Assembly (NCBI GenBank): GCA_047602425.1
Contig: JASGHG010000001.1
Location: 3,680,001-3,744,000, forward strand
Origin: Nibricoccus sp.
GTDB lineage: Bacteria > Verrucomicrobiota > Verrucomicrobiia > Opitutales > Opitutaceae
DNA: 64,000 bases
Direction: 5' to 3'
Shown here: in pieces, positions 1-10,389 of the stretch
Layout: each line of letters starts with the position of its first letter
How positions within the stretch are numbered: position 1 is the stretch's first letter
Translations under genes and position numbers: made by a program
The notes under the pieces: model-generated
The model's input: the letters and a program-made list of their open reading frames with translations, nothing else
Told to the model about the DNA's origin: nothing
Database searches by the model: none

Positions 1-78
1 CACATTGAGGCGGGCGACTATGGCACGTGGCACCAAGCATGGATCGAGCGGTACGAGGCCGGACTGAGGGAGAAATAA
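1..78 (+). CDS. 3' end of a gene entering the window (HIEAGDYGTWHQAWIERYEAGLREK*); resembles a tRNA-guanine transglycosylase C-terminus
   Basis: Open frame 1 up to TAA at 76-78, followed by a hairpin; identity rests on only 25 aa. Confidence 0.35.
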   Translation, partial: HIEAGDYGTWHQAWIERYEAGLREK

Positions 79-104
79 AAAGCCCGCACGTATAAGTGCG
101 GGCT
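77..104 (-). terminator. Intrinsic terminator between convergent genes
   Basis: Stem AGCCCGCAC (81-89) / GTGCGGGCT (96-104), with an A-run at 77-81 (U-tail on the minus strand). Confidence 0.7.
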
Positions 105-130
105 AGGAAATTTTGCGCTGTTAACTCGTT

Positions 131-778
131 TTAGAAGCGAACGCGCACGCCGACGGTCAGACCGACTTCGATGTTCGAATCGTTCATGATATCGATGGCT
201 GCAATCTTTGTGAAAATGCCGATCTGCGATGTGGCCCAGGAATTCACCTCAACCGCGTAGTGCATCGATTGCGTGCTGGGATCGCGGTGACGGAGATCGT
301 CATGATAGGAAATAGAGGGCGTGATCGAGACGTACTTGTATGGGAATTCGGCACCAATACCAACGCTCCAGTTGATCCAGCTAGTCGAGTGATCCCGCAC
401 GTCACCAATGGAAAGGCCAAGGCCCGCCTGCAGGAAGGGCTTCACATCGTCTTCAATTTTATTGTAGACGCGCACGCCACCATCGAGATTAGTCAGGGTC
501 GTGGACCAATCGTCGGGTTTGTAGGACGTATAGCCAACGCCACCGATCAGATCCAGGCCTTTGCAGACCGGTAGATTGCCGCCTACGCCAATGCCGAAGA
601 TGTCGTCGGAGGAATGGCTGACATTCTGAAGGCTGAGGTAGCCTTCGCCATAGCGGCGGCCGATGGTGCCCTGGCCGTCTTGGTCGCCTTTAGGGAACAG
701 CGAACTGCCGGATTGTGCAAAAACAGTGGAGGCCGCCAGCAGCGCCACTGTGCCAATTAAGGTTTTGATGGTAGTCAT
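131..778 (-). CDS. Outer-membrane beta-barrel protein
   Basis: Signal peptide (AASTVFA), alternating beta-strand pattern, C-terminal Phe (VGVRVRF). Confidence 0.75.
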   Translation of the reverse strand: MTTIKTLIGTVALLAASTVFAQSGSSLFPKGDQDGQGTIGRRYGEGYLSLQNVSHSSDDIFGIGVGGNLPVCKGLDLIGGVGYTSYKPDDWSTTLTNLDGGVRVYNKIEDDVKPFLQAGLGLSIGDVRDHSTSWINWSVGIGAEFPYKYVSITPSISYHDDLRHRDPSTQSMHYAVEVNSWATSQIGIFTKIAAIDIMNDSNIEVGLTVGVRVRF

Positions 779-985
779 AGGTTAAATAGAACCGCCGTAA
801 TCAGGTTTAGGTTGTGCGATTTAGGAGTGTTTAAGGCTAATCATCCTATATTAAGCGCAATTCGAAAATTGGAGGTGGGGACTGGCAAAGTCGTCCGGAT
901 TGGTTTAAAAATGAGGCTCGGGGATTCCCCCGGTTTTTTTAACTTTTGCTGGCCTGATGACCCGCTTTTTCCATCGTAAGTTCCC

Positions 986-1912
986 ATGCGCATCCTTGTA
1001 ACCGGCGGTGCCGGATTTCTCGGTTCAAACCTCTGTGAACGCCTCCTAAATGACGGCCACGAGGTGATATGTATTGATAATTTCTTTACGGGCCGAAAGG
1101 CCAATATCGCGCATTTATTGCCGAATCCGAACTTCGAGCTGGTGCGCCATGACGTGATCGATCCGTTCAAATACGAGGTCGATCAGATCTACAATCTCGC
1201 CTGTCCCGCCTCGCCGCCGCACTACCAATACAACCCAATAAAAACCACCAAAACCTCGGTGATGGGCGCGATCAACTGCCTTGGCCTGGCCAAGCGCGTG
1301 AAGGCCCGGGTTTTTCAGGCGAGCACGTCCGAGGTGTATGGCGACCCTTCGGTGCATCCGCAGCCGGAAAGTTACTGGGGCAATGTCAACCCGATCGGCC
1401 GACGCTCGTGTTACGACGAGGGCAAACGCTGCGCGGAGACACTCTTCTTCGACTACCACCGTGAAAACAAGGTCGATATCCGCGTTGTCCGTATCTTCAA
1501 CACTTACGGCCCGCACATGCATCCGAACGACGGACGCGTGGTATCCAATTTCATCGTACAGGCGCTGAAGGGGCAGGATCTCACCATTTATGGCGATGGC
1601 TCGCAGACACGTTCGTTCTGTTATGTCGACGATCTGATCGAGGGCTTCGTGCGATTCATGGCGCAAAACGAAACAGTAGGGCCTTTGAACCTTGGTAATC
1701 CCGGCGAGTTTACGATGCTGCAACTGGCCGAGCTCACGCTGAAACTGGTCGGCAGCAAGTCGAAGATCGTGCACCAGCCGCTGCCCTCCGATGATCCGAA
1801 GCAACGCCGACCAGACATCACTCTCGCGCAGAACGTGCTGAAATGGGAACCGAAAGTTCCGTTGGAGGAAGGCCTAAAGCGCACGATCGCGTATTTCAAA
1901 ACGCAGATTTGA
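986..1912 (+). CDS. UDP-glucuronate decarboxylase (UDP-xylose synthase) family SDR
   Basis: GGAGFLG NAD motif, [26 protein letters not shown]. Confidence 0.93.
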   Translation: MRILVTGGAGFLGSNLCERLLNDGHEVICIDNFFTGRKANIAHLLPNPNFELVRHDVIDPFKYEVDQIYNLACPASPPHYQYNPIKTTKTSVMGAINCLGLAKRVKARVFQASTSEVYGDPSVHPQPESYWGNVNPIGRRSCYDEGKRCAETLFFDYHRENKVDIRVVRIFNTYGPHMHPNDGRVVSNFIVQALKGQDLTIYGDGSQTRSFCYVDDLIEGFVRFMAQNETVGPLNLGNPGEFTMLQLAELTLKLVGSKSKIVHQPLPSDDPKQRRPDITLAQNVLKWEPKVPLEEGLKRTIAYFKTQI

Positions 1913-2573
1913 GATTTGCCGTTGCCTCGATGCCTTTTGCGATTTGGTGAATCTCTGCGAGGACAACGTTGGGAGCTAACCGGGCGATATCGTGCCCTGT
2001 GTTTTCGATTATTTTGAAAACAGCAGTCGAAGTGAGGTTGCAATATTCCCTCAGCAGAGAGTGGCGGCTGCACAATAATCGAGACTGGATGTTTTGAGGC
2101 AGCCTCGTGGAAAGGTCGAACCTGCCGGCAGCAAACACATGCAGTTGTGTTTTGCCGATATATTTTAGTTTGGCTACCTCGCGGCAGGACCGAACCCAGG
2201 CTGGACCGAAGCCTGAGAAAAACAACGTCAAGCATTCCCGTTCTGAACTTGGCGGAGCAGACTCCAGAATGGCGATTGCTTCGTCGCCTTGGCGCGGGTG
2301 TGAGGGGTCGAGAAGCAGAACCGCGGCAAGGGCTCCCGGATACTGACCAGCATGCAGGAGCGCGGTGAAGCCTGCGAAAGAAGGTGCCACATAGACGGCC
2401 CGGCCATGTAGGTTTTCATCGACGAGCAGCTGGTGGAGCTCCGTGGCCGCCGCTTTGGAGTCGCAATGGAAACCTGTTGAACGTTTGAACACCCGGACGG
2501 CGGCGAAGCGTGCAACCGCCTCTTGGAGGTGGGCGCAGCTTTCATCTAAAACTACAGTGGCTGTCAGGGGCAT
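1896..2573 (-). CDS. Alpha/beta-hydrolase-like protein (degenerate)
   Basis: VYVAPSFAG elbow-like segment, [14 protein letters not shown] His motif; overlaps the convergent gene by 17 nt. Confidence 0.5.
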   Translation of the reverse strand: MPLTATVVLDESCAHLQEAVARFAAVRVFKRSTGFHCDSKAAATELHQLLVDENLHGRAVYVAPSFAGFTALLHAGQYPGALAAVLLLDPSHPRQGDEAIAILESAPPSSERECLTLFFSGFGPAWVRSCREVAKLKYIGKTQLHVFAAGRFDLSTRLPQNIQSRLLCSRHSLLREYCNLTSTAVFKIIENTGHDIARLAPNVVLAEIHQIAKGIEATANLKSAF

Positions 2574-2679
2574 CGGATCGCGGTGGAAGATTTAGGCGAG
2601 TGATTCGGAAAAGGCGGTCGAAGAGAAACTCCGCCTCTTTTTGGCGGGGTTCGTAGGTTGAATAAGCAGGCTGTTTTTC

Positions 2680-4026
2680 TTAGCAGAGGAATAGCCAGCC
2701 GCTGAGAACGAGAATCGGCAGCAGGATCGGCAGGCTATATTTTATAGTGTAGCCGAAGAAGGTGGGAACTTTCACGCCCTCGGATTCGGCGATGGATTTG
2801 ACCATGAAGTTGGGGCCATTGCCGATATAAGTCATAGCGCCAAAAAACACCGCGCCCATACTGACGGCGATCACGAGCAGGCGGTCGGCGGGATGATCGA
2901 TGAGTGCGCGCACGACTTCGGCTTCCGTGACGGCGTTGGCTGGAAAGTCCGACGGGCGTTCCTTTAGCGCGGTGGCTTCGGCGAGGCGGAGGAAGGTCGC
3001 GTAGGTTGGGGCGTTGTCGAGCACCGAGGAGAGGCTGCCCGATGCAAAGTAATACTGTAGCGGCTTCTTCACGTGAAATTCGTCGCCGTGACGGTCGATG
3101 TAATTGAGGGCGGGCATCATGGTCGCAAAGATACCGACGAAAAGAAAAGCGACCTCCTTGATGGGACCGAAGCTGAAGGCATTTTGGCTGTGGACCGTTT
3201 TTGGGGTCAGAAAATAAGAGGCGGTAGCGGCGCCGAGCATCACGATTTCGCGGAGGAAGAATTTGTCGGGCAGAAACACGGCGCCAATGATGGCGACCAA
3301 GAAAAGGACGTTGATGCCGCCGTCGAAACGCCACGTTTCAGGTTTTTCCAATTCGGCCTGCAGCTTGCGCGGCATCTTTTTAAAGGACCATAGGTCGAAG
3401 GCATAAAAGGCGGCCAGGATCAGACCAACCGTGACCAGCCATTGGCGAATGACGTGTTCGATCAGCCAGAAGAAAGGAACTCCTTTGAGATAACCGAGGA
3501 AAAGCGGAGGATCGCCGATGGGGGTGAGCGCGCCGCCGACGTTGGAAACGATAAAGATGAAAAAGATGATATGATAAGCGGAAATGCGGATCTTGTTCAT
3601 GCGGATCCACGGGCGGACTAGAACCATCGACGCGCCGGTGGTACCGATAACGTTGGCGATTACCGTACCAATCGCTAGAAACAACACGTTGCCAAGCGGG
3701 GAGGCCTCGCCCTTGACGTTGATGTGGATGCCCCCGGCAACGACAAATAACGAACCAATAAGGGAGATGAACGAAATGTAGTCGGTTGCCGTTGTTAGCA
3801 GAGTGGGTTTTCCGCCTTCGAGTCCGAACGCATAATAAAGGGCAACGACTGCGGCGAGGCCGAAGGAAATGAACGGATAGTTGTGCTCCCAGAAGTGTTT
3901 TATCTTCGGTGGCGACAGGGGCATGATCGCGATCAGGAACAGCAGCAGTCCAAACGGAAAGATCAACCAAACCGGAACGTCCGGACTGGATTCCACGGTT
4001 GATGCGATGAGCATGGGCGACGCCAT
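2680..4026 (-). CDS. Putative Na+/H+ antiporter (ion transporter superfamily)
   Basis: Many TM helices; SNVGGALTPIGDPPLFLG, LDNAPTY and YIGNGPNFMV motifs. Confidence 0.85.
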   Translation of the reverse strand: MASPMLIASTVESSPDVPVWLIFPFGLLLFLIAIMPLSPPKIKHFWEHNYPFISFGLAAVVALYYAFGLEGGKPTLLTTATDYISFISLIGSLFVVAGGIHINVKGEASPLGNVLFLAIGTVIANVIGTTGASMVLVRPWIRMNKIRISAYHIIFFIFIVSNVGGALTPIGDPPLFLGYLKGVPFFWLIEHVIRQWLVTVGLILAAFYAFDLWSFKKMPRKLQAELEKPETWRFDGGINVLFLVAIIGAVFLPDKFFLREIVMLGAATASYFLTPKTVHSQNAFSFGPIKEVAFLFVGIFATMMPALNYIDRHGDEFHVKKPLQYYFASGSLSSVLDNAPTYATFLRLAEATALKERPSDFPANAVTEAEVVRALIDHPADRLLVIAVSMGAVFFGAMTYIGNGPNFMVKSIAESEGVKVPTFFGYTIKYSLPILLPILVLSGWLFLC

Positions 4027-4131
4027 AAGCGGCAGAGATTGGCGGCGGCCGGTTGGCTCTGCAATTTGATACAGCGACAGCCGTTACAGGCTTGGGAAAA
4101 ATGGACTACGAGGACCGCGAGACGAACAGGA

Positions 4132-4899
4132 CTAACCGATTTCCCGCAAGAGGGCGACCTGGCTGGCTTCGAGATTGAGGGAGTTGCCGTGGTCGTCGAC
4201 AAAGCTGAGCCGTCCTTCCGGATCGACGCCGCGAAAGGTTCCGGCAATTGGTTCGGTGCGGCTGTTGAGGGTGAGTTGCACGCGGCGCGGATCGCCCCAG
4301 CGGATGTTGATGTCTTCCACAATCTCGGCGAAGCGATCTTGTTCGACGAGGCCTTGCATGCGACGGAAGGCGCCGAGAGTGAGGCGGGCAACTTCGTCGA
4401 GGGTTACGGGCCGTCCGGCGAGTTCGGCCACGCCGACGGTGTGACCTGCGAGAGAGGCCTCTAGGGTATCGGGACGGTTGGCGATATTGATGCCAACGCC
4501 GATGACAACGGTTTCAGGTTGGTATTGCTCGACGAGCAGGCCGGCTAGTTTGCGGCGACCGTGCAGGATGTCATTGGGCCACCGGAGGCGCAGCCCTTCG
4601 ATACCGAGGCTACGGAGAGCTTCAATCACGGCCCAACCAGCGCCCAGAGGCAGAATGGACCACTTTTTTCGGGGTCCTGGCGCGGGAAGAACCGCGGAGA
4701 GCCAAAGGCCGCCGGCATCTGAGATCCACGCACGACCGGTGCGTCCGCGTCCGCCGGTTTGCACGTCGGCTCGCACGGCATGCCAGGGCGGGAGGGCACC
4801 GGCGATGGGGTTGGTGGATGGAAGCGTGGCGAATTCATGAAGCTGCCAGCCTTCAATGGCACGACAGCTTCGTTCGCTGAGTGGGCGATCCGCAGGCAT
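4132..4899 (-). CDS. birA: Biotin-protein ligase
   Basis: PSTN, QTGGRGRTGRAW, LRWPNDI, KLAGLLVE and VIGVGINI motifs; start taken at ATG 4899. Confidence 0.9.
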   Translation of the reverse strand: MPADRPLSERSCRAIEGWQLHEFATLPSTNPIAGALPPWHAVRADVQTGGRGRTGRAWISDAGGLWLSAVLPAPGPRKKWSILPLGAGWAVIEALRSLGIEGLRLRWPNDILHGRRKLAGLLVEQYQPETVVIGVGINIANRPDTLEASLAGHTVGVAELAGRPVTLDEVARLTLGAFRRMQGLVEQDRFAEIVEDINIRWGDPRRVQLTLNSRTEPIAGTFRGVDPEGRLSFVDDHGNSLNLEASQVALLREIG

Positions 4900-4937
4900 G
4901 TGCGGAGTGAACTGGGTTTGATTTGAGTAGGTGATAC

Positions 4938-6125
4938 TCAGATGATGCCGAGACCCTTGAGAACCGCCAGCATGATGGCGGCGGCCATGACCGAGCCGAC
5001 CTGACCGCCGGTGTTGGCACCCATGGCGTGCATGAGAAGGAAGTTCTGTTTGTTCCAACGCTGGCCTTCGGTTTGGACGAGACGAGCGGCCATCGGGTAA
5101 GCAGAAATGCCAGCGGCGCCGATCAGCGGATTAACTTTTCCACCGGAAAGCGCGTACCAGATTTTGCCGAGAAGCAATCCGCCTGCCGTATCGATGATGA
5201 TGGCGACAAGACCAAGGCCGAACACGAGCAGTGTTTGCATCTTGAGGAACTGGCCGCCAGCCATGGTGCCGCCGATGGCGAGGCCGAGGAAGAGCGTGGA
5301 GATATTGGCGATTTCGTTTTCGCTGCACTTGCAGAGGCGTTGAACGGCGCCGGTGACCTTCATGAAATTGCCGAGCATCACCATGCCCATGAGCGGAAGA
5401 CCCTTCGGCGCGATGAGGCCCGTGACGAGAGTGACAACGATTGGAAAAGCGATGAGGGCGGTCTGGGAAACTTTGCCTTTTACGCTGGGCATTTTGACCT
5501 GACGTTCTTTCTCGGTGGTCATCATGCGCATGATCGGCGGCTGGATGATCGGCACGAGCGCCATGTAAGAGTAGGCGGCCACGGCGAGCGCTCCGACCAT
5601 GGCGGTGTCGATCTTACCGAGACCGGCAAACATGTTGGAAACGTAAATGACCGTCGGACCGTCACAGGCGCCGATGGCGGCGATGGAGACGGCGGTTTCT
5701 TTGATCTGGGCGGGGTTGATGCCGGGCACAAAAGGCAGGACCAACAAGGCGAGCATGAGCGTGGCAAAAATGCCGAGCTGACCTGCGGCGCCGAAGAGCA
5801 GGAGCTTTGGTTCGGCGAGGAGCGGCTTGAAGTCCGTCATCGAGCCGATGCCGACGAAGATCAGCAGGGGGAACAGTTCGTTGCCGATGCCGAAGTCGTA
5901 CATCGTCTTGAGCACACCGCCTTGGTCCATGACCTCGCTGAGGGGGAGATTGACGAGGAAGCAGCCAAAGGCGATGGGCAACAGGAGGAGGGGCTCCACG
6001 TCCTTCGCGATCGCGAGGTAGAACATCACGCCGGCGATTGCCAGCATGATGAGATTGGACGGTCCAAAGTGGAGCATGCCTTCCGACAGACCGCGCAGCG
6101 CATTGAGAATGGTATCGAAGTTCAT
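4938..6125 (-). CDS. mmdB: Na+-translocating decarboxylase beta subunit
   Basis: EPLLLLPIAFG, DGPT, AAYSYMALVPIIQPP, NPLIGAAGISA and HAMGAN motifs of the OadB/MmdB family. Confidence 0.93.
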   Translation of the reverse strand: MNFDTILNALRGLSEGMLHFGPSNLIMLAIAGVMFYLAIAKDVEPLLLLPIAFGCFLVNLPLSEVMDQGGVLKTMYDFGIGNELFPLLIFVGIGSMTDFKPLLAEPKLLLFGAAGQLGIFATLMLALLVLPFVPGINPAQIKETAVSIAAIGACDGPTVIYVSNMFAGLGKIDTAMVGALAVAAYSYMALVPIIQPPIMRMMTTEKERQVKMPSVKGKVSQTALIAFPIVVTLVTGLIAPKGLPLMGMVMLGNFMKVTGAVQRLCKCSENEIANISTLFLGLAIGGTMAGGQFLKMQTLLVFGLGLVAIIIDTAGGLLLGKIWYALSGGKVNPLIGAAGISAYPMAARLVQTEGQRWNKQNFLLMHAMGANTGGQVGSVMAAAIMLAVLKGLGII

Positions 6126-6134
6126 CGGGAAGCT

Positions 6135-6278
6135 TTAGTTCTTTTTGTCGGTTTCACCTTCGTTCGCAGGAAAGAAATGCGTGAGGCCGCGCAATACCCA
6201 GGTAAGCGCGTAAAGCGTGATGAGCGTGCCACCCATGCCGACGATGAGCATGGTGATTCCAAATGTGAGGTTTTCCAT
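6135..6278 (-). CDS. Small OadG/gamma-type membrane subunit, 47 aa (not in the ORF track)
   Basis: Hand translation MENLTFGITMLIVGMGGTLITLYALTWVLRGLTHFFPANEGETDKKN; GMG-containing single TM immediately upstream of the beta subunit. Confidence 0.75.
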   Translation of the reverse strand: MENLTFGITMLIVGMGGTLITLYALTWVLRGLTHFFPANEGETDKKN

Positions 6279-6308
6279 AGTGATGTCTCTTGGTTTTGCT
6301 TGGGGCTT

Positions 6309-7304
6309 TTAGATTGAGGGCTCGCCGTCCGTCTTCGGTTCCATGGAGCGATCGTGCCACACCGACAGCACAATGGATACGCCCAGCACGAGGACGATAA
6401 CGAGCAGGGAAACAAAATTATGGCTGCGGAACCACACGTCGACCGAGTGGATCATGCCGGCGACCATCTTCCCGCCGATGAAGAAAAGGATGATGCTGAC
6501 GCCGTGTTTGAGGAATTTGAAAAGTCCCATGATGCCGCGGACTGCGAAGAAGAGTGCGTTGAGGCCGGTCACGGCGAAGACATTGGAAGTGATCGCAACA
6601 AACGGATCGGTGCTGATGCCCATGATCGCGGGGATCGAATCCATCGCGAACACCAAATCGATGCTCCCGATGACAAGGAATGCTAAGAAGAGGGGCGTCA
6701 TGCACAGTTTCCCATCATGGCGGGTGAAAAAGCGACGCTTGGATTGATCTTCCGCGTGGACCGGGAAAACTTTCGAAGCTGCCCAATAGAGAAGATTTTT
6801 CTCGGGGTGAACTTGTTCGTCTTCGTCGGCGGCCAGCATTTTCCAAGCGGTCCAAATCAACACGCCGCCGAGGGGGTAGAGCAGCCATTCGAATTTTTGC
6901 ACCAGCGCCAAACCGAAAACAATGAAAGCGATGCGCAATGCGATCGAAAGGTAGATGCGGATCTTGATAATCTTGGGCTGCGCCGCTTCGTGCACGCCCA
7001 TCAGCGAAAACGTCATGATGAACACGAACAAGTTGTCCACCGACAAGGAATATTCGGTCAGATAACCGGTGACGTATTGCATCGCGACGGGAGCGCCGCC
7101 CGGATGCAGAAAATAAATGGCGATGGCAAAGCTCAACGCCACGCAGATCCAGAGGCCGGTCCAACAGAGAGACTGTTTCACTCCTCCCGCGCTCTTGGTG
7201 TGGGTGACCACGAACAGGTCGATCGCCGAGATGACGATGAACATTGACCAAAAGATGATCCAGAGGAGGGTAAGCGAGTTCACGGTGGTAAAAACTGTAT
7301 CCAA
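6309..7304 (-). CDS. TerC/Alx family membrane protein (paralog 2)
   Basis: GYLTEYSLSVDNLFVF, DLVFAMDSIPA and TSNVFA motifs; TTG start. Confidence 0.9.
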   Translation of the reverse strand: MDTVFTTVNSLTLLWIIFWSMFIVISAIDLFVVTHTKSAGGVKQSLCWTGLWICVALSFAIAIYFLHPGGAPVAMQYVTGYLTEYSLSVDNLFVFIMTFSLMGVHEAAQPKIIKIRIYLSIALRIAFIVFGLALVQKFEWLLYPLGGVLIWTAWKMLAADEDEQVHPEKNLLYWAASKVFPVHAEDQSKRRFFTRHDGKLCMTPLFLAFLVIGSIDLVFAMDSIPAIMGISTDPFVAITSNVFAVTGLNALFFAVRGIMGLFKFLKHGVSIILFFIGGKMVAGMIHSVDVWFRSHNFVSLLVIVLVLGVSIVLSVWHDRSMEPKTDGEPSI

Positions 7305-7730
7305 AAAATGGAGGTATTATTTTTGGGTGGCGTTATTGGTTCGAGAAGGTCCTGGGATTCCTGTTTTTTGGACGTCGCGCAATCGCGGGTTTCCCCTGGT
7401 TCAGCGATGCCATTTTTCGAGGAGAGGGGTTCCTGAAAAAGGGAAGGGCCATGATGATCATCGTACTCCTGACCCCCGAAATGGGCTCTGCAGATCTTGC
7501 TGTACTATCCCCATTGTTTGCATTCCAAGTTTTCCAATATGTTGATCTTTATGATGAAAGAAATTTTCACTCTGCATAAGAAAATTTAATTCACCGGGGG
7601 CCCGACGGCCGCGGGTTGATTGCGAAATGGGACGCGGTTGCGCGGCGATTTCACGACGTTGCAATGACTTCGTCGCGGCCTTGCTTTCTGAGAAATTGCC
7701 GCCGGCTCAGGCGTCGCAATTTTCGGGCTT

Positions 7731-8699
7731 TTAGCGGACAGGCCGGGAGTTTTCCCGAACTTTTCGATCGTGCCAAACGGACAGACCGATTGAGATCGCG
7801 AGTACGGAAAGAATCACGAGCAGCGTGACGTAAGGTTTGCCCTGAAACCAGTCCTCCAGCGGCTGATAAATCGCCGCGATCATCTTCGCTCCGATGAAAA
7901 AGAGGATGAAACTGATGCCGTGTTTAAGGAACTTGAACATGCCTACCACGCTACGAATGGCGAGGTAGAGCGAGTTGAGCCCGAGGACCGCGAACAGATT
8001 GGAAGTGAGAACGACGATGGGATCCTGACTGATGCCCATGATGGCTGGAATGGAATCGACCGCGAAAATCACGTCGGTACTCCCAATCACCAGGAGTACG
8101 AGGAAGAGTGGCGTAACGTAGCTTTTCCCCTCCGCCTTGAAAAAAAGTCGTTGGGAACCCTCGGTATGGGCGCGAATCGGGAGGATGCGCGTGGCGAGTT
8201 TATATAATAGATTTTTTTCCGGCTGAACTTGGTCGCCATCACCGTCGGCGATCATCCGCCAAGCTGTCCAAACCAAGAGGACGCCGAACATGTGGACCAA
8301 CCAGTGAAAGCGTTCGATGAGAGCGATGCCGAAAAGGATGAAGATGATGCGCAGTACGATTGAGAAATAGATACCGAGCTTGATCAGCCTTGGCTGCGCG
8401 GCGTCGGACACGCCCATCACGGAAAAGATCAGGATGAAAACAAACAGGTTGTCGACTGACAGCGAGTATTCGGTGAGATAGCCGGTGATGTACTCGGTGC
8501 AGACGGTGCGTCCGTTTGCATGCAGATGGTAAATTGCTAGGGAAAATCCCAACCCAATCGCGATCCACAACGCTGTCCAGCGAAGCGCCGATTTCACGCT
8601 TACGGGGGTCTTCCGCCGTCCAACGATAAGGTAATCGATGACCGAGACCCCAACGAATGTTACCCAAAAGATGAGCCAGAGCAGAGTATTAGCGGACAT
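7731..8699 (-). CDS. TerC/Alx family membrane protein (paralog 1)
   Basis: GYLTEYSLSVDNLFVF, TDVIFAVDSIPA and TSNLFA motifs; start taken at ATG 8699. Confidence 0.9.
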   Translation of the reverse strand: MSANTLLWLIFWVTFVGVSVIDYLIVGRRKTPVSVKSALRWTALWIAIGLGFSLAIYHLHANGRTVCTEYITGYLTEYSLSVDNLFVFILIFSVMGVSDAAQPRLIKLGIYFSIVLRIIFILFGIALIERFHWLVHMFGVLLVWTAWRMIADGDGDQVQPEKNLLYKLATRILPIRAHTEGSQRLFFKAEGKSYVTPLFLVLLVIGSTDVIFAVDSIPAIMGISQDPIVVLTSNLFAVLGLNSLYLAIRSVVGMFKFLKHGISFILFFIGAKMIAAIYQPLEDWFQGKPYVTLLVILSVLAISIGLSVWHDRKVRENSRPVR

Positions 8700-8721
8700 C
8701 ACTTCATACTCCGGCTTTTGC

Positions 8722-9288
8722 TTAGCGAACCTTGTGAGAACTGAACACTTGGCGACGTCCTTCGACAGACCAGGCTTGGCGGTCTGAAGAAGCATGACCG
8801 ATGGACACAAGGCGGTAGCGGGCGCGCAGGGTGGTATGAATTGCCGCTGAAATGGTTGCGACCGTATGCGGAGGAATGGCTTCTCGTCCGTGGCCATTTA
8901 CCGCGGTGGACATGATCGGCATCGGGGGTGTGGTTTCGAGCGTTTCCACGCGGCGGTGCAAACTGCCGAAATCGCCCTCACGATGTTCGGTCCATTCGGT
9001 TTGCATGTTTTCCAGCCGATGATGGAGCTTGGAAATATCGTTGTTTCGAAGATCGCGGCATTGGGCCTCGAGCGTCTCCACTTTGCGTTGCAGAACCGCC
9101 GTCGCTTTCTCGATGGCGACATGGGCGGAATTTTCCACACTTCCCAGCTTGCGGTGGAGGGTGATCAACTTCCAAGTCACAGCAATAAAGGCGACGACGG
9201 CGACCGCGAGGAATACGGTCTTTAAATCAAGTTCGCTACTGGGCGCTTCGGCCAAAACTTGGGTGGAAAAAATCGACGGGCTTAACAT
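8722..9288 (-). CDS. MmdD/OadG-like subunit paralog with an inserted coiled coil
   Basis: Single TM, heptad region, then VATISAAI...WSVEGRRQVFSSHKVR, matching the C-terminus of 9970-10344. Confidence 0.7.
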   Translation of the reverse strand: MLSPSIFSTQVLAEAPSSELDLKTVFLAVAVVAFIAVTWKLITLHRKLGSVENSAHVAIEKATAVLQRKVETLEAQCRDLRNNDISKLHHRLENMQTEWTEHREGDFGSLHRRVETLETTPPMPIMSTAVNGHGREAIPPHTVATISAAIHTTLRARYRLVSIGHASSDRQAWSVEGRRQVFSSHKVR

Positions 9289-9505
9289 GGATTGGGGTGG
9301 GGACTGGGGTTGAGCTGGAGGAGAGCTCCGAAAACCTGCATGTAATTGATCGGAAAACAAGTCCGACTTTATAACCGGGCTATCTAGTCGTTTGCCTTAA
9401 CCTCTCGCCGCGGTGATCGTTCGCAGGCAGGGCATTCATTTTCAGGTGAAGTAAAGCGATATTGTCCTTTGTTATGTAACCGTGCGGTTGCCTAAATCAG
9501 GACAC

Positions 9506-9537
9506 AAAAAAACCGTCCGACTGGAAGGCCGGACGGT
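9506..9537 (-). terminator. Intrinsic terminator after the biotin-carrier gene
   Basis: Stem ACCGTCCG (9512-9519) / CGGACGGT (9530-9537) with an A7 run. Confidence 0.7.
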
Positions 9538-9553
9538 CGCTTTAAAATAAAAA

Positions 9554-9934
9554 TTAAGCAATGCGCAGGAGGACGGTGCCTTCTTCGACGCCATCGCCCG
9601 GAGCAATCAACGTGGCGGCGACTTTGCCAGCTGAAGGAGCGTAGATGTAGGTGTTCATCTTCATCGCTTCGATGGTGGCGACTTGGGCACCTTCTTTGAC
9701 GACATCGCCGACCTTCACATCGTAGGAGACGAGTTTGCCGGCGAGAGGACTGACGACGTCACCAGGGGCTGCTGGATTGACGGGGGCTTTTGGGGCGGGA
9801 GCCGCTGGCGCAGCGACAGGAGCAATGCTGGCGGGGGCGACGGGCATCGGCACCGCCGTTTGGGTGCCCTCGTCGAGAATTTCGACAAGAACTTCGTAGG
9901 CTTTGCCCTCAACTGTGACACGGAGTTTTTTCAT
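9554..9934 (-). CDS. mmdC: Biotin carboxyl carrier subunit of methylmalonyl-CoA decarboxylase
   Basis: EAMKM biotinylation motif, Ala/Pro linker, VTVEGKAYEV N-terminus. Confidence 0.9.
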   Translation of the reverse strand: MKKLRVTVEGKAYEVLVEILDEGTQTAVPMPVAPASIAPVAAPAAPAPKAPVNPAAPGDVVSPLAGKLVSYDVKVGDVVKEGAQVATIEAMKMNTYIYAPSAGKVAATLIAPGDGVEEGTVLLRIA

Positions 9935-9969
9935 ATGGACTAGATTGACTGGTTGTTCTGCGGGGGTGG

Positions 9970-10344
9970 TTAGCGGACCTTATGGGAAGAATAGATTTGA
10001 CGGCGGCCTTCGGCGGACCACTGGAGATGGCCCGGATCGACGACGACGGTGGAAGGTTTCACGGAGGCGATGCGGGCCTTGGAACCGAGCGTGACAGCGA
10101 CTGCTGCTGCTATGGCGGCGAACACTTCGACCGACGGGCCTTCCGCCGGCGCTGGCGTTGCAACACCAGCGGACGCCGTGGCGGTTTTTGCCGGTTGCGG
10201 CGCCGTCGCGAGCGAGCGCCTGAAGGCGATGATCGCATGGACGAAAGCGGTGAGGCTTCCGAGAATGACGAAGAACGCCACCCATTCGTTGTCGAAAAGC
10301 GACTGGCCGGCTTCGGCCAGCAAGGGTGAGAAAGAGGACATCAT
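9970..10344 (-). CDS. mmdD: Decarboxylase delta/gamma (OadG/MmdD-type) subunit
   Basis: TM plus Ala/Pro linker, AAIAAAV, WSAEGRRQIYSSH; lies between the alpha and biotin-carrier genes. Confidence 0.75.
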   Translation of the reverse strand: MMSSFSPLLAEAGQSLFDNEWVAFFVILGSLTAFVHAIIAFRRSLATAPQPAKTATASAGVATPAPAEGPSVEVFAAIAAAVAVTLGSKARIASVKPSTVVVDPGHLQWSAEGRRQIYSSHKVR

Positions 10345-10389
10345 GATTAGAGCCTCGCGCGATGACAGCGCGAGGCAGATTGAAGTCGG

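Noticed and set aside
5028..6317. Long antisense ORFs (also 10801-11952, 13916-15733, 38532-40037, 43701-45011, 45481-46671)
   Set aside because: Shadow frames of well-supported genes in GC-rich DNA, with no recognisable motifs.
7305..7730. Possible yybP-ykoY (Mn2+) or c-di-AMP riboswitch upstream of TerC-2
   Set aside because: Only fragments match (GGAGTA, CGATG/CATCG, ATCGCTGAA); I could not close a consistent P1. An Rfam scan is needed.
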